Assembly: GCA_045837725.1 (NCBI GenBank)
Contig: JBEWZL010000306.1
Location: 248,001 to 312,000, forward strand
Reading direction: 5' to 3'
Length of the DNA: 64,000 bases
DNA from: Vermamoeba vermiformis
Lineage: Eukaryota
This document shows positions 25,167 to 37,980 of this stretch, piece by piece (the first letter of the stretch is position 1; each line of letters starts with the position of its first letter). A model generated the notes under the pieces. It worked only from the letters and a program-made list of their open reading frames with translations. It was not told where the DNA came from and made no database searches. Made by a program: the position numbers and the translations under genes.

Positions 25167-27263
25167 ATGTTGAAGGCACTGTTCTATCTGGTTGCATTGC
25201 TGATCCTTGCCTCATCTGCTAGCCGCGTAGTTTTTCCGGTTCTTCCGTAAGTTCTTGGATGTCCATGATCAATAATTGATTACGCTAATTAATTTAATAT
25301 AACTTATATTAGGAACCCTGAATTTAATACCCCAGTTGCTACAAACGGATTTGTTGGTGGTCCGACCGACTTCGCAGTGACAGCTAACGCGACACTACAG
25401 GTACTAAATTATGACTGTAATAATACCGCATAGAAGTTACGAGTAAACTAGTAACCAATCCAATTTTTTTTCAGTACAAGTGCTCGACTTACTCGGCGCA
25501 AGGAATGATTGTCATATTACCAGCAGGAGGGTGTAGTCGCGAGAAACAATACGAGATAGCCGTACAAGGTTAGTAGTCACTCGTCGCTTCGTTCCTAAAT
25601 TGCCTCAATTTAATTGAAGCAAGAAATTTCGCTTTTTTTCATACACCGCACTTTGCTTTTTAAGAAAATCCAAAATTTCAGGCGGTTTGAATGAACAATG
25701 GCCTTACTAACGCTCGTAATTAGCGGGAGCTTCCGGATTGATGTTCTATGATTATGAGCGGGACGCTGTTGGCCGAAAATCAAGAATACCTATCAGCAGC
25801 ACTCCACTCGCCATCCCTATCGTAATAGTACGCTAATCGAGATCACTCTCATTGGTCACAATGTTAACATTGACACCTGTCACTAATACGTTATCAGGTG
25901 TCCGCTCCCGACTTTGTCATGCTTAACCAAACCCTTCAATCTTCTCCGTACTTGACGCTAGAGATTACGCCAGGTAAATATGATACCATCTTAAAAAGGA
26001 AATAATACGGTTAATCAACTTAAACTCCGAAATGATTAAAAATCAAACGGCGATTGAAATTTGAATTCACAGGGATTAGCATATGGCATGAAAAAATCGG
26101 TGATACGGGCTGGTTTATCGCATTAAATGCGCTATTCGGCGCTTTCTACGTGGTGCTGCTGGGACTTGTGACTTTCAAATTTGTCCGGAAAGTCCAATTT
26201 AGCGGCTTCATTTGGAACATTAGCTTCGTCTATTTGCTCTTTCAAGGAGCATTCTGTATATGCAAGTAGCTCCTAATCATCCAAATGGCAATTAGAACTT
26301 TCTATTTATAGTAATGATCTTCCGTTGGATCGATCCGGTTTTGACTTGGGGAATATACATTGTTGGCGTAGATGCTTTGATTGACACGTGGCCTGCTACC
26401 TGGTCGTGTATCCTTACCATTAATTATAATACGATTATCTCCGCGTTAAATGTTTTCTTAACTCCTTTGATCCAGTTGCCGCGTTGGTTCTGATGGCCTT
26501 TTTTTGGTTCGAAGTCATCAATAAATTCGCAGAAACTAAAGTGCAGCCATTCTTAACCAGGAGGTAAGTATTTAAATGGTACTATAAATCAGGAAATTAT
26601 GTTCATTTTGTACCAGACTGCAGGTCCCGTTTTGGATCGTGGTCGGCATCATCATATTACTGCCTCCTATCAATGTAATCCTGCTGAACTACGTTACGAT
26701 GCTGAGTTTGTTCGTTGCTCTTATGACGCTTCATTTGGTGACCGGCATTGTGGTCGCAGGCTTTTATATTATTGTCGGTACGTTGAAACAACCGATATTT
26801 TCTTTTAATATATATCAACTAATAAGATTTATGATATTCAGCTATTAAGGCATTGCAAGTTGTCGAGAGATCCGAAAAACTAAATGGCGAAAGTAAACGC
26901 CGCGCAAGAAGCCTCAAACGAGTAAGTCAAATTACTCAGCGATCGTATTCGTCAAGTCTAACGTCCTATAATTAGAGTCGCGTATCAATCGTCAGTTCGG
27001 CAATCATTGCGTGTATTTATCCGCCGTTGAATTTCGCTTTGCGTTACAACATTTTGTACACGAGTTTTTACTACGCACTGGCAGCACTCTACGTCGAGTC
27101 AGTGCTGTTAGGCATCATTACCTTCATCCAAGTCTGGTTCATTAGTGATAAGGGTCCCAGCACAGCCCCCTCTCCAGTTCATGAACCCCGTGCCTGCCCC
27201 GTTGCTCCGACAACTACCGAAGACACTACGACTAACACGACCACAGCAGTTAATGCTGCTTGA
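25167..27263 (+). CDS. Signal peptide + PA-like extracellular domain + multi-pass (about 7 TM, GPCR-like) membrane protein
   Basis: MLKALFYLVALLILASSA signal; GCSREKQYEIAVQAGASGLMFYD and AIPIVSA are PA-domain-like; several hydrophobic helices follow, including LVLMAFFWFEV. Confidence 0.7.
26408..26475 (+). other. U12-type GT-AG intron in the PA-domain membrane protein gene
   Basis: Donor GTATCCTT matches the U12 consensus; branch TTTTCTTAAC 13 nt before the AG; splicing restores WPATWSFAALVLMAFFW. Confidence 0.85.
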
Positions 27264-27721
27264 GAGTTAGCATTGTACATTAGCAATCCATTTATTTGAA
27301 TAACTGTCGACATTGGAAATGGTCCGTGGTGCTTTATTCTATTCAAGTACTTTTAGGGACACCCGATAGCATATCAATCCCGATCAGCTAATCGCGAGGA
27401 CTAACTTTCAACGCTAAATATCAAGATACATACTGTATCGACACTTGTTTTTTTGGTAGATTTCACATAGAAAGTTCGTACGAAAATCTCTCGAATGTGG
27501 CAATGAGCTTGTAACCGATGCGGTGGTGTTCGTGAGGGCAAAAATAAGATTTACATATTCAAACCAATTGGTATATTTGGACTGCTTCCTTCCCAATACG
27601 GAATTCACTGAAATTGTTCGCGTAAAGAATTTTCTGCGACCGATTTTGGGCGCAAAAAAGGTCGATTTTTTTCTTTCAACAGCCTTGTAAACCACCATTG
27701 CGATACTGCAGTTCTAATATA

Positions 27722-28396
27722 ATGAAGAATTTGCGGATTTTATTTTTTTTGTGCGCAATTTTTAGTTGCGTAAAAGCGGATTGGCTGATCGAAGCAACTT
27801 GCGATACATCTACGAACAAAACAATAGGCAATGCTTTATTTATTAAAAATGGCGACTGCTCCTACGTTGGTATGGTTCCCAAAACCCATGCTCAACAATG
27901 GTCTTATATTACTTGCGACGATACGAGTGGGCTTTACTCAGAATTCGTGTGCTACGATGCAGGGTGCACTAACTGCCAGCCGTTGGAAGATAAGAAGCAG
28001 TTTGGTGGATGCACCGCAAGCAATCAAGATAAAGGAAGAGGTTTGCTCAAATTATGCTACCCTGATCGCGCTGCGATTCCTTTTTATAATTTATTGTCTA
28101 TGATTGGTGCAGGCAACAATAATTATTACATGTCGAAATATTTTGGAGCCCAAAAATGTGGGGGCGAATCGTATTTCCATGAAGTAACGCCAGGGAATCA
28201 ATGCCTCAAAGAAATTGTTGGTTACTCCAAGGCAACATGCAACAGCGATGGCTCGTTTCAATACGGAACATATGAAGATGCTAGCTGCTCGACACCTCTT
28301 ACTTATTATTCGGGCTTATCTGGGGAGTGTCTCACTCATGAAACCTTCGAACACATCAAGCCTTGGTTCGAAGAGGGCTGCAACTTACAACTATAA
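27722..28396 (+). CDS. Intronless secreted cysteine-rich protein with two internal repeats
   Basis: Signal peptide MKNLRILFFLCAIFSCVKA; repeated S..TC...G.....Y.DA.C motif; AATAAA downstream. Confidence 0.75.
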   Translation: MKNLRILFFLCAIFSCVKADWLIEATCDTSTNKTIGNALFIKNGDCSYVGMVPKTHAQQWSYITCDDTSGLYSEFVCYDAGCTNCQPLEDKKQFGGCTASNQDKGRGLLKLCYPDRAAIPFYNLLSMIGAGNNNYYMSKYFGAQKCGGESYFHEVTPGNQCLKEIVGYSKATCNSDGSFQYGTYEDASCSTPLTYYSGLSGECLTHETFEHIKPWFEEGCNLQL

Positions 28397-28834
28397 TATA
28401 TATAGTTATTGGTTTATCGAGCAAAGTGAATAAATAAATACGAAATTTTCTGGCCTCTTTTATTCGGTACGCTAATCTGTCGAATAATGTACGCAAGTTA
28501 ATGCTGATAAGTCACAATCACGAATTATTTTTGGTATACTATGAGAGTAGTTAATAAACTTAACGCATTTTCGATCTCTGTACAACAGGGATCCGTGAGA
28601 AGGGGCTTTCGAGTAGTAGCACACTCATAACCATGATTTGTTAGACGAAGATATTGCAAATAATAATTAATGACGAGATTCACGTGACACTATTTTACGT
28701 ACAGTCCTACTAGGTGCTTGATAGCTTCGGCAGAAATGTTTTTTGTTGTTGACCAAGTTTGACGCTCGACCGAAAAAAGCTTTTGATTTAACCGCAATTC
28801 AGCATAAGATATAATTGCACGTAACGTAATCAAT

Positions 28835-31800
28835 ATGTCCAAAAAGAAAGCGGAAGATCCGCTTCCCCCTACAATTATTCGCAACTTGGCCGATAAATTG
28901 TATGATAAAAGAAAATTAGGGGCATTAGAAATCGAACAACTAATTAAAGATTTGGTTAAAATCAAAGGTACGCAATTGAAATTATTAATACGAAAAATCA
29001 ATTAAAAATTCTGATCAATCAACCCACAAATCAAAACAATTCAATCAAACTTAACTATCGTTAATATATGATAGTAAAATACAAAAACAGCTCGAATTAG
29101 ATTTAATTGAATTTTTCAGTCAGATCAACAAAAATCAATTTCCCAACTTCAATTAGAAACATCAATAATAAACCATAAAAATGTTATCCCTAACATATAT
29201 TCATTATTAATTATATTTATGCGATTACAATAGATGTCGGACGTATTGGACAGATTATTCAATTCATCAAAGAGCAGTTCATTGGATCTACCTCAGTAAA
29301 TTCCAGAAAAGGAGGATTAATCGCTTTAGCTGCCGCCGCATTAGGATTATCAACAGTAAGTACGATTAAATCGAATAGACTATTTACCCTTCGAAGTTGA
29401 AAATCGGATCGGATCTTATTACTATTCTCGAATATCGGCAATAATATTAACACTACGAACACTTTATTACTATGGCTATTTATTTATTATGCTATTAATA
29501 GGACATCGACAATTATATCATTCAACTGTTGCCGCCAGTACTTCAATGCTTCGTGGATCCCGACAACAAAGTACGACACAGCCATTATTCCATATAATTA
29601 TCGACGCTAATATTATTATAGGTCCGCTATTATGCTTGCGAGTCACTATACAACATGGCTAAAGTTGCACGAGGAAAAATTTTGCCATTTTTTAATGAAC
29701 TTTTTGACGGCCTTTGCAAGGTAATTACAAACACCCTTAAACTTTATAAAATATCATTATATATATCTATCTATCATGTAGTATTATTATAATCGCTTGA
29801 GAGTGGGATAATATTAGTTCTAATAATTATTTTGAATCGTTTAGTTAGCAGCAGATCCGGACGTCAATGTACGCAATGGAGCAGAGCTATTGGATCGATT
29901 GATTAAGGACGTAGTAACAGAAGGCAACCCCTTTGACTTGGAGAAGTTTATTCCGCTGTTGAGTGATCGCGTGAACGTGTTCAACCCTGAATGTAGAAAG
30001 GTACACGAGGGAAAAAAAAACGGACAAAATTTTATCAAATTTATTATAAATAATCCAAATTTTATTAATTTTATTATTATTGTAGTTCTTAGTAGGATGG
30101 ATCGATGTTTTGGACAAAGTTCCCGATATTGAACTGTTGGACCATTTGGCGGCTTTCTTGGACGGATTACTCAACGTACGTATCATATAATAAGTACGTA
30201 TATAGTGTCCCTTATTAATATATTATACTCAGATGTTATCCGATCCAAGCGATGCTATTCGAACAGCTGTTGAAACTACGCTGATGGAATTCTGCGAAGA
30301 AATTAAACAGAAAAAATCTGAGGTAAAATACAAAAGAATTATATTAATATAATTAGATTATTATAGTATATATATAACTAATGCATATTAGACTATTGAC
30401 TATGCTGGCCTTATTAAAATTTTAGTGCCACATTGTACTTCAAAAGGTAAGCCAGATCCAAAACTTTCAATGTCCTATAATACATAACTAATGCCTATTA
30501 TTAAGACGAATATACGAGCACTATGGCGCTGATTTGGATCAATGAATTCATCAGTTTTGGCAAAGAAAAAGTTTTGCCCCTCGGCGCATCGATCTTGACC
30601 GGCATTTTGCCGTCATTGTCGCACAAAAACAAAGGTAGATATAGCATCGCCATATATGGAAATATTATTAAATCGATGATTAACCTATGCCTATGTAAAG
30701 ATATTGAAGAAATTGCTCGACGTGCGAACAAATCATTCCGAGATCTGGTGCAAAGTACTACGACGGATATCGATGTTAAAGTAAGTAATTACCCACGTGG
30801 CTAGTTGTTATTTCCAAATATGGTAATATTCTAACGGAGGCTTAGGAATTTCTTGACACGATAAAATATTGGATGAAATTTACAGCGCACTCAGTGCCGA
30901 CGAGAATTGATGCACTAAGGTACTAACATAATAAGAGTAATCTGCAAATGATTTTTATTAATTTTATTTTGATAGGTGGATCTTGACGTGCAACATGAAG
31001 AGTCCAACGGAATTATTGAAACATCTCGACGATTTATATCCTGATTTATTGAAAACTCTTACGGACCCCTCCGAAGATGTAAGTCAATCTTTGCAACTAT
31101 TCTACGATCACGTGACTCAATTGAAATTTCTATTGCACTTAGGTCGTTCGAATGGATCTTCAAGTCGTTGCAAAATTATCACAAAACGAGCAATATTTTG
31201 ATAAGCTCATGCATAATATATTGCTCTTATTCGCCACCGACAAGAAGCTGTTAGAATCACGTGGCTCGTTAATTCTCCGTCAACTTTCTTTGTACATCAA
31301 ACCTGAGCAGATCTACGTCGCACTCGCAAAAATTTTAGAAAGCGAAAAGGTACCCTATTATTTCCTATATGATAATACCCTTTCCTATTTTCTGAATAAG
31401 TTATATATCAGTGATATTTCCGATTTTTAACGAATTTTTTTTGGTGGATCAGGATCCGTCATTCGCAAGCACAATGATTCAAATTCTGAACTTGATTCTG
31501 CTCACAGCGACTGAATTACACGAGACTAGGGAGTCGTTGAGATCATTAGACACTAAAGACAGCAAAGACCTGTTTTGTGTCTTGTACAAGTAAGTTTGGG
31601 GATCGGATCCACATCCGAAAAATTAATTTGCATCAACGAACCCAAATAGTATAATCGTATTAACTATGAATATGATAACTATATACTATTATCGCAAATA
31701 TAAAATGTTCTAATTTCTCGTTAATCAGGTCATGGTGTCATAATCCAGCGGCTGTATTCTCGTTCTGTTTGTTAGCACAGGTCTACGAGCACGCTTACAA

Positions 31801-32645
31801 TCTTCTAGGAAAATTGTACGTATAATATTATATTATTATATTATGTGAGTTGGTTCTAATGTTTTTTATTTTTTAGCCACATTGTTGAAGTCAATGTGCA
31901 TTTCTTGATGGAAATCGATAAATTAGTGCAATTATTGGAATCGCCTGTCTTTATGGGTACGTATTGGACCAATAGAATTCGATTGCCAAATAAGGAAATC
32001 GTATACGCTAAAACTATTATTTTGTACTTGACAATGATTAGATCTAGCTGACCTATTATTTCTTAGGCCTAAGATTGCAACTGCTCGAACCCGATCGATA
32101 TCCATATTTGGTAAAAAGTTTGTTCGGCATTTTGATGATTTTGCCGCAAAGCGGTGCGTACGAGACATTGCGCAACAGGTTGAACGCAATTACTTCATTG
32201 GGCGTGCTGCAAATGATACCCCAAAGGTAAGGATCTCATTAATAATATATTTCTGGCTATATGCACGAGATTAATGAACCACCAAAAAAGTCAAATCTGG
32301 ATCTGATCTCAAAAATTCCTCAACTTTTTGAATTTCGTTTATTAACTTAGTACTTTTTATAGTAAAAATGCGGCTAAGCCACCTAGCGACATTGATTTCC
32401 GAGAATTATTGACGCATTTTGAACGCGTGCAAAAGACTCATTCGGAGATCATCCGTGCAGCACGATTAGAGAATGAAAAACGCGTGCAAACAAAGAAACA
32501 AATCAAAATGTTGACTGGCGAGCCTGATATGACACTTGAATCAAGTCGATCGATCACACCACGTGACAGTCATAATCACAGCTTGAACAGTTCTTCGGCT
32601 GGTGTTGTGACCAATCCGGATCTGAACGATAATTTGAACAAATAA
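28835..32645 (+). CDS. VAC14: VAC14 (PIKfyve/Fab1 complex scaffold)
   Basis: [106 protein letters not shown]. Confidence 0.97.
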
Positions 32646-32857
32646 AACAACACTTTAACGTACAATTAACTTGATATGAATTTATCCGTATAGAGTATTA
32701 ATTCTAAACGCAAACGAACAGATTTACCAACAATTGAATAAACGTTGCGGTGTTTTTGATCAGATCGAGTAACATTTCTATTTATGTATAAAGACCTTTT
32801 ATTTACAGTAATTGATTATGATGCTTACAAGGTATTTACTGCCGGAGAGAGTGAGTC

Positions 32858-33964
32858 TTACTCGTCGAGTCCGAAGAGCAGCTTGAGTCCTAGCTTGCCA
32901 AACAACTCTTTGTTCTTTTCGAAGAACTGCTCGACGGTCGTTTGTTTCTCGCGAGGAATGAACTCATCGAGTCTAGAGACTGAATGATCCCAGTCCATGC
33001 CTCCTGCGTTGTAACAACGAGCCATACCCGACAAATGCTTGATGGTGATCTCGGGGATCATCCCTTCGCAGGCCTTTGCCCAAGCTTCAACAGGCACGTG
33101 AACGTAGTTGATCTGCTTGCCGAGAACTTTTGACGCCACTTCGAAGTGTTCTTTCCACGAGCCTCTGTTGGGACCCAACAAGGGGATCTGTTGGCCGTAA
33201 TAGGGTTCAGGTGATATAAGAAGCTTAGCGATTACTATACCAAGGTCTTCGCCTGCGATAGGGTGCTATATTTATACTCGTTAGTAAGATCATTACAGTG
33301 AGACCAGATCTGGAACTTACGTGCTTCACGTTCGGATCGTATGGAACGTAAGCAGTGCTTTGTCTTTGCAAGGCAGGGCCAGGTAAGATAATATAGTTCT
33401 CCATGAAGTAGTACGGGTTAATATGGATGGCACCGATATCAGCCCAGTTGAAGATCTCTTCCGCAGCCCAATGGGCTTTGGTGACATTGCTGAAGTTTTT
33501 GCCTTGCTGCACGTCAATCAAATTAGTCAACGACTTAGCTTAATTACGACCGAAGTACTTACGTCGAGAGCAGCAGCTTGAGACATATTCACGAGTCCTT
33601 TCACGCCTTCTTCGCGCGCTGCCTTTGCCATGTAAGTTACGGCTCTCAACAGATCCTCAGCGGCTGGATAAACGAAGTAGATGCGCTTAACTCCCTACAA
33701 TACGAGTGTAAGTAATAATATCGTATCATTGCATTGATTTAATCATACCTTTACTGCTTGTCGGACGGACTCGTAGTCGAGGAGATCGCCTTTAAAGATC
33801 TCAACGTCGCCTAAAGCCTCCAAACGAGGGATTCGGTGGTCGATGTTGCGAACGAATGCGCGCACTCTGTAGCCACGTGCTGTCAATTCTTTGGCTGCGT
33901 AATAGCCAGTAGATCCGGTTTGGCCAGATGCGCCAGTAACTAATGCGAGAGGTTTGCTAGACAT
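32858..33964 (-). CDS. NmrA-like NAD(P)-binding atypical SDR protein
   Basis: LVTGASGQTG Rossmann motif, VRAFVR, GDLLD, LVNMSQ, HWAAEEIFNW, INPYYFMEN; 4 exons. Confidence 0.88.
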
Positions 33965-34830
33965 GCTGTAGATGGTAGTGAGTAGTAGGTTGTGTTGTTG
34001 TTGTTTTGTTTGTTGTTGAGTACAATCCCGCGATTAAAATCTTTTATAGTTGTTGCGGAATTACCGTACCTTGCTTCCGTACACATCCGGAGGGAGGAAA
34101 ATCAAGTCCGTCGGAATTCAAAAGTTCAGAATACCAAATATTCCGAGAATGACTTCTCCCGTAGAAGCTCGCAAAATGTTCGAAATCTAATCTGGTCACA
34201 AAGCCTTCGATCGGTTTGCTTGACGAAAACTGGCCAACAAACGTTAACCTGATTGTCTACACGCCACCACAAGTTAGACACCGTGACTTGAGATATTTTC
34301 GTAGTACAGACGTACCGTAGTGTAGGAGGTCGAATTATGCAACTGGTCCATGCAACTTATTTGTAATTTTCGCTATTACCATTATTATTTACAACAATAA
34401 TGGCTGATGTTATTAAGCACATTGGAACTATTATTAGAATTATTCAAATAAATAATTGTCCAAGTTTCATCCGCGTAGTTAATTGCCGAGAGATGCCAAG
34501 ACCTCCACAGTCTGCTACATATTAAGTACAGAAACATTCAAGAAAATTGAGATATGTAAATTCAAACAAGCACAATGTTCAACTCGCCTTCTGATCAAAA
34601 AAAGAGGGGGCATTAGAATGAAGTCGCACATTAGGTTGATTACACTCTCGTACCACGAACAGCCGCAAGATCCTTTAGACCTTTAAGCGAACCAACGAAC
34701 GGAGAGAAAGATGGACAAATTAAAGAAGTGGGCGGAGAATCATAATAATTATGATATCCGATCATTAAATTAATATACTAATTGGGGCCTTAATTATCTT
34801 TTTCTTTATGTACAATAATTTGTTGGTTTT

Positions 34831-36738
34831 TCATCCTTTCAAATGCGTATCCAAAAACTGAATGATTTGTTCGAACGAAGGTCTTCTTGCCGGATCTGCA
34901 GCCCAACAGTTCTCAATTAAATACTTCCACTTCTCAGGCACTTGAAATTGTATCATACTCTGCGTCCTCTTATTAAACACCACATCGAACGGCGGTCGTT
35001 TGTTGTGGATCGCGACTTCGGAGGCGTACATTTCAGCTGGCTTGTTTTGCGTTGGATCACTTAGCGACCACATCTCCCAGCATATAACACCAAAACTATA
35101 ATAAATTATGTAAGTATGGAACTAAGGAAAAATGTTCAAAAGGGCGGATCTACTCGTGATCTGATCCAAGTTCGAATAAATATATTAGACTTACCTATAC
35201 ACATCTGCTTTTTCATTATAATTTTCTCCACGATAGACCTCGGGAGCCATATATACACAAGATCCCTAATACATAATGATCAATACTCCGCGAGTTGAAT
35301 GAGCTGTAACTGCGCTACTTACAACAGCCACGGTCATCTTGCCGTTCTCAGACACAAATCTGCTCAAGCCAAAATCACCAATCTTTGCGTTAAGATTCTC
35401 ATCGAGCTGTATAATTAATGAATGGCATCAGTCGCTAGTATTGCGTGCGTGATGTATTTTGTGACACGTGTCAAGTGTCATTTTGACGCGACTTGGTATC
35501 AGTTACTTACGAAAATATTAGGCGAGGATAAGTCTCTATGTATAATAGGCAGTGGCTTGTACGAGTGCAAATAGTGCATTCCTAATTAGGAAATATTAGT
35601 CACGAGCAAAACAGATCCAAAACAAGCACCACAAAACAATTCTAAAACTGTCATAATAATAGAACTAGTACTATAGATATGGCATTATAGTACTTACCCT
35701 CGGCAATGAGCCTAGCGATCTTATATTTGACATTATTTACATTGTTCGCCAACACATTCGCGTACACGGGATTCTGAATGACGTCTTTCAACGAGCCTGC
35801 GCCCATATACTCGGTTATCATTAGCCGTTCTGTACCGCTCCTCATACTCACACCGCGTAGGGACACGATGCACGGGTGAGATAATTTGCTAAAAATAGAA
35901 TTAGACCGTTGTACTAATTTGGCAAAGTGACGGTGCAAAAAATATTTAAGAACTAATTTGCACTAATTACGCGCGATTCAAAATTAATATCATTACTATA
36001 TTATTATATAATAAGAATTTCATCGTTATATTTGAAAGAATTGAATGTAACGGAGACTTTCGGATTTCAATTTACTTACCTCCAAATCGTAATCTCTTTG
36101 ATAAACATTTGCATGTCTGACATATTTCTAAACTGATGGCGCACAATCTTCTTCACCGCAACGATTTGGTCGCGATAAATACCTGTGATAACGATGATTT
36201 AGTATTCCGATCAAGCTGAATTTACAGGAAAAGCGCTCTACAGCCACAAAACAATTTTAAAATATTTTCTAAATTACGTACCTTTATATACAGCTCCAAA
36301 ATAACCCTCCCCAATTGGTTGTACGAGTCTGATCTCGCTAGGATCGATTTCTAACGGCTGTAATTGCCTATATAATTCATCTTCCTGCTGCTGTTGCATT
36401 CGTTGTTGCAAATCATGAATAGAAAATTGCGCGGGCTGTGTCGTTTGAGGCGAGGGAGTTGTAGTGAAATTGAATAGACTTTGGTTTCCCATCGGACTAT
36501 TAAACAATGGGGAATTGACTTGCGGCGAGCCAAATTGCACGTGCGGTGGGGAATTAAATATATTGTTATTTGTTTGAGCTTGCGGTGATAATTCTGCATT
36601 TGCTAAGGCAAATTTCGGATCCATGACGTACATCGAGTCGTCATCTTGCGACCCGCCTCCAAAATGTGGTCCTGGCGAGGAGAACCGTACAGGACTCGAT
36701 GAAGGGTTTGCATTATTGAATTGGAAGTTATTAAACAT
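34831..36738 (-). CDS. TKL-group protein kinase with N/Q/SP-rich N-terminus
   Basis: IGEGYFGAVYKG, VAVK, LSHPCIV, IHRDLSSPN, KIGDFGLSR, YMAPE, CWAADPARRPSF. Confidence 0.93.
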
Positions 36739-37431
36739 GGTGTTTCAAGCCATGAACTGTTGTCGTTCGTTTGGCGGCACTAAGAAAATGGCTTGCAAAC
36801 CTGGTTTCAGAGTTATATTCGACACTAATAAGAAAAAATTCGGATAAATATGGCCATAGTATCAATTCTAAGTATTAACGAGGGCGGGGTTGTGTTGCAA
36901 GTCTCGATCGACAAAAAGTATGCTGGATCTCGGGTGAGAACGCTCTACTAATTATCATTTTCCTACTAATACGCATGCCAATATATTATGCGCTATTCTA
37001 ATCATTAGTGGAGCTAAATATCGTACCGCCAGTTGGTTAGAAGCTCTTTGCTTTATTTAACAAATTGCTCCTCGGTAAATACAGGGGTTCGAGTTGGATG
37101 AATGGCTTATGATAACTCTATTGTGCGCGGGTATATTTTAACACCTAGAATTCAACTACAAATTAGTAAAGGAAAAACAAATCTGAAAAAAAAAGGTCTT
37201 GGTAATGAATGTTGCTAGAAGTTTTTAAAATTATGTAGAACGCTACACTGTACCAATGTATATTATTGTAATATTATTTAGTAAATTTGCACGAAGACTA
37301 ACAGTAAAAATATTCGAATCTAAATCCGAGACAAAAACTATTTTTAAAAATATCTAGAATCTTATTAATGGTACGAAAATTATATATTGATATTTATATA
37401 CACTTGTGGATATACTTACGGGTTAATAAAA

Positions 37432-37806
37432 TTATTTAGCGTGAGGGTGAGCGACGATGTAGTTAATAGCATCCTCAGTAGATTGAATTTTTTCGAACTC
37501 GGCATCAGGGATTTCAATAGCAAATTCGTCTTCTAATTGCATCACTAATTCGACAGTGTCCAATGAGTCCAAACCAAGATCCTTTTGGAAGTGGGCCTTG
37601 GCTGAAACAGATTCGGGTGTAACCTTCTCGAAAGCCTTGACAACGTTCAACACACGAGTCTGAACATCCTCGGGAGTCAATTTGTGAACATCAGCATATG
37701 AACGAGTGATGGCAATAGCAAGGGCAGGTCGAACAGCAGATGTGTTTCTGGCAATACCAGATGACTTTTGAGCAGTCTTAACGAGCGAAGTGAATCTAGA
37801 AAACAT
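37432..37806 (-). CDS. NDUFAB1: Mitochondrial acyl carrier protein (NDUFAB1/ACP1 type), intronless
   Basis: Presequence plus DLGLDSLDTVELVMQLEDEFAIEIPD phosphopantetheine motif. Confidence 0.95.
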   Translation of the reverse strand: MFSRFTSLVKTAQKSSGIARNTSAVRPALAIAITRSYADVHKLTPEDVQTRVLNVVKAFEKVTPESVSAKAHFQKDLGLDSLDTVELVMQLEDEFAIEIPDAEFEKIQSTEDAINYIVAHPHAK

Positions 37807-37980
37807 GTTGATTATTTGCTATTGTGTCAAGCGTTTGGATCTAAACACGTTTTGGCTCGCGCGCAGGACTTCATTTTTTTTCTCAATTTTTGACCGTCAA
37901 ATTTTGCTTGGTTGAATTTTTGACGACCAAATCTCTCGCTATTATTTCGTCTTGTTTGTTACCGTAGAAAGACATCAACA

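Noticed and set aside
33990-34020. GTT/CAA-rich microsatellite upstream of the NmrA-like gene
   Set aside because: CA-rich leaders precede several start codons here, so this looks like ordinary 5'UTR composition.
37025-37100. tRNA-like A box (CAGTTGGTTAGA) and B box (GGTTCGAGT)
   Set aside because: The T-arm and acceptor stems do not pair, so no cloverleaf can be drawn.
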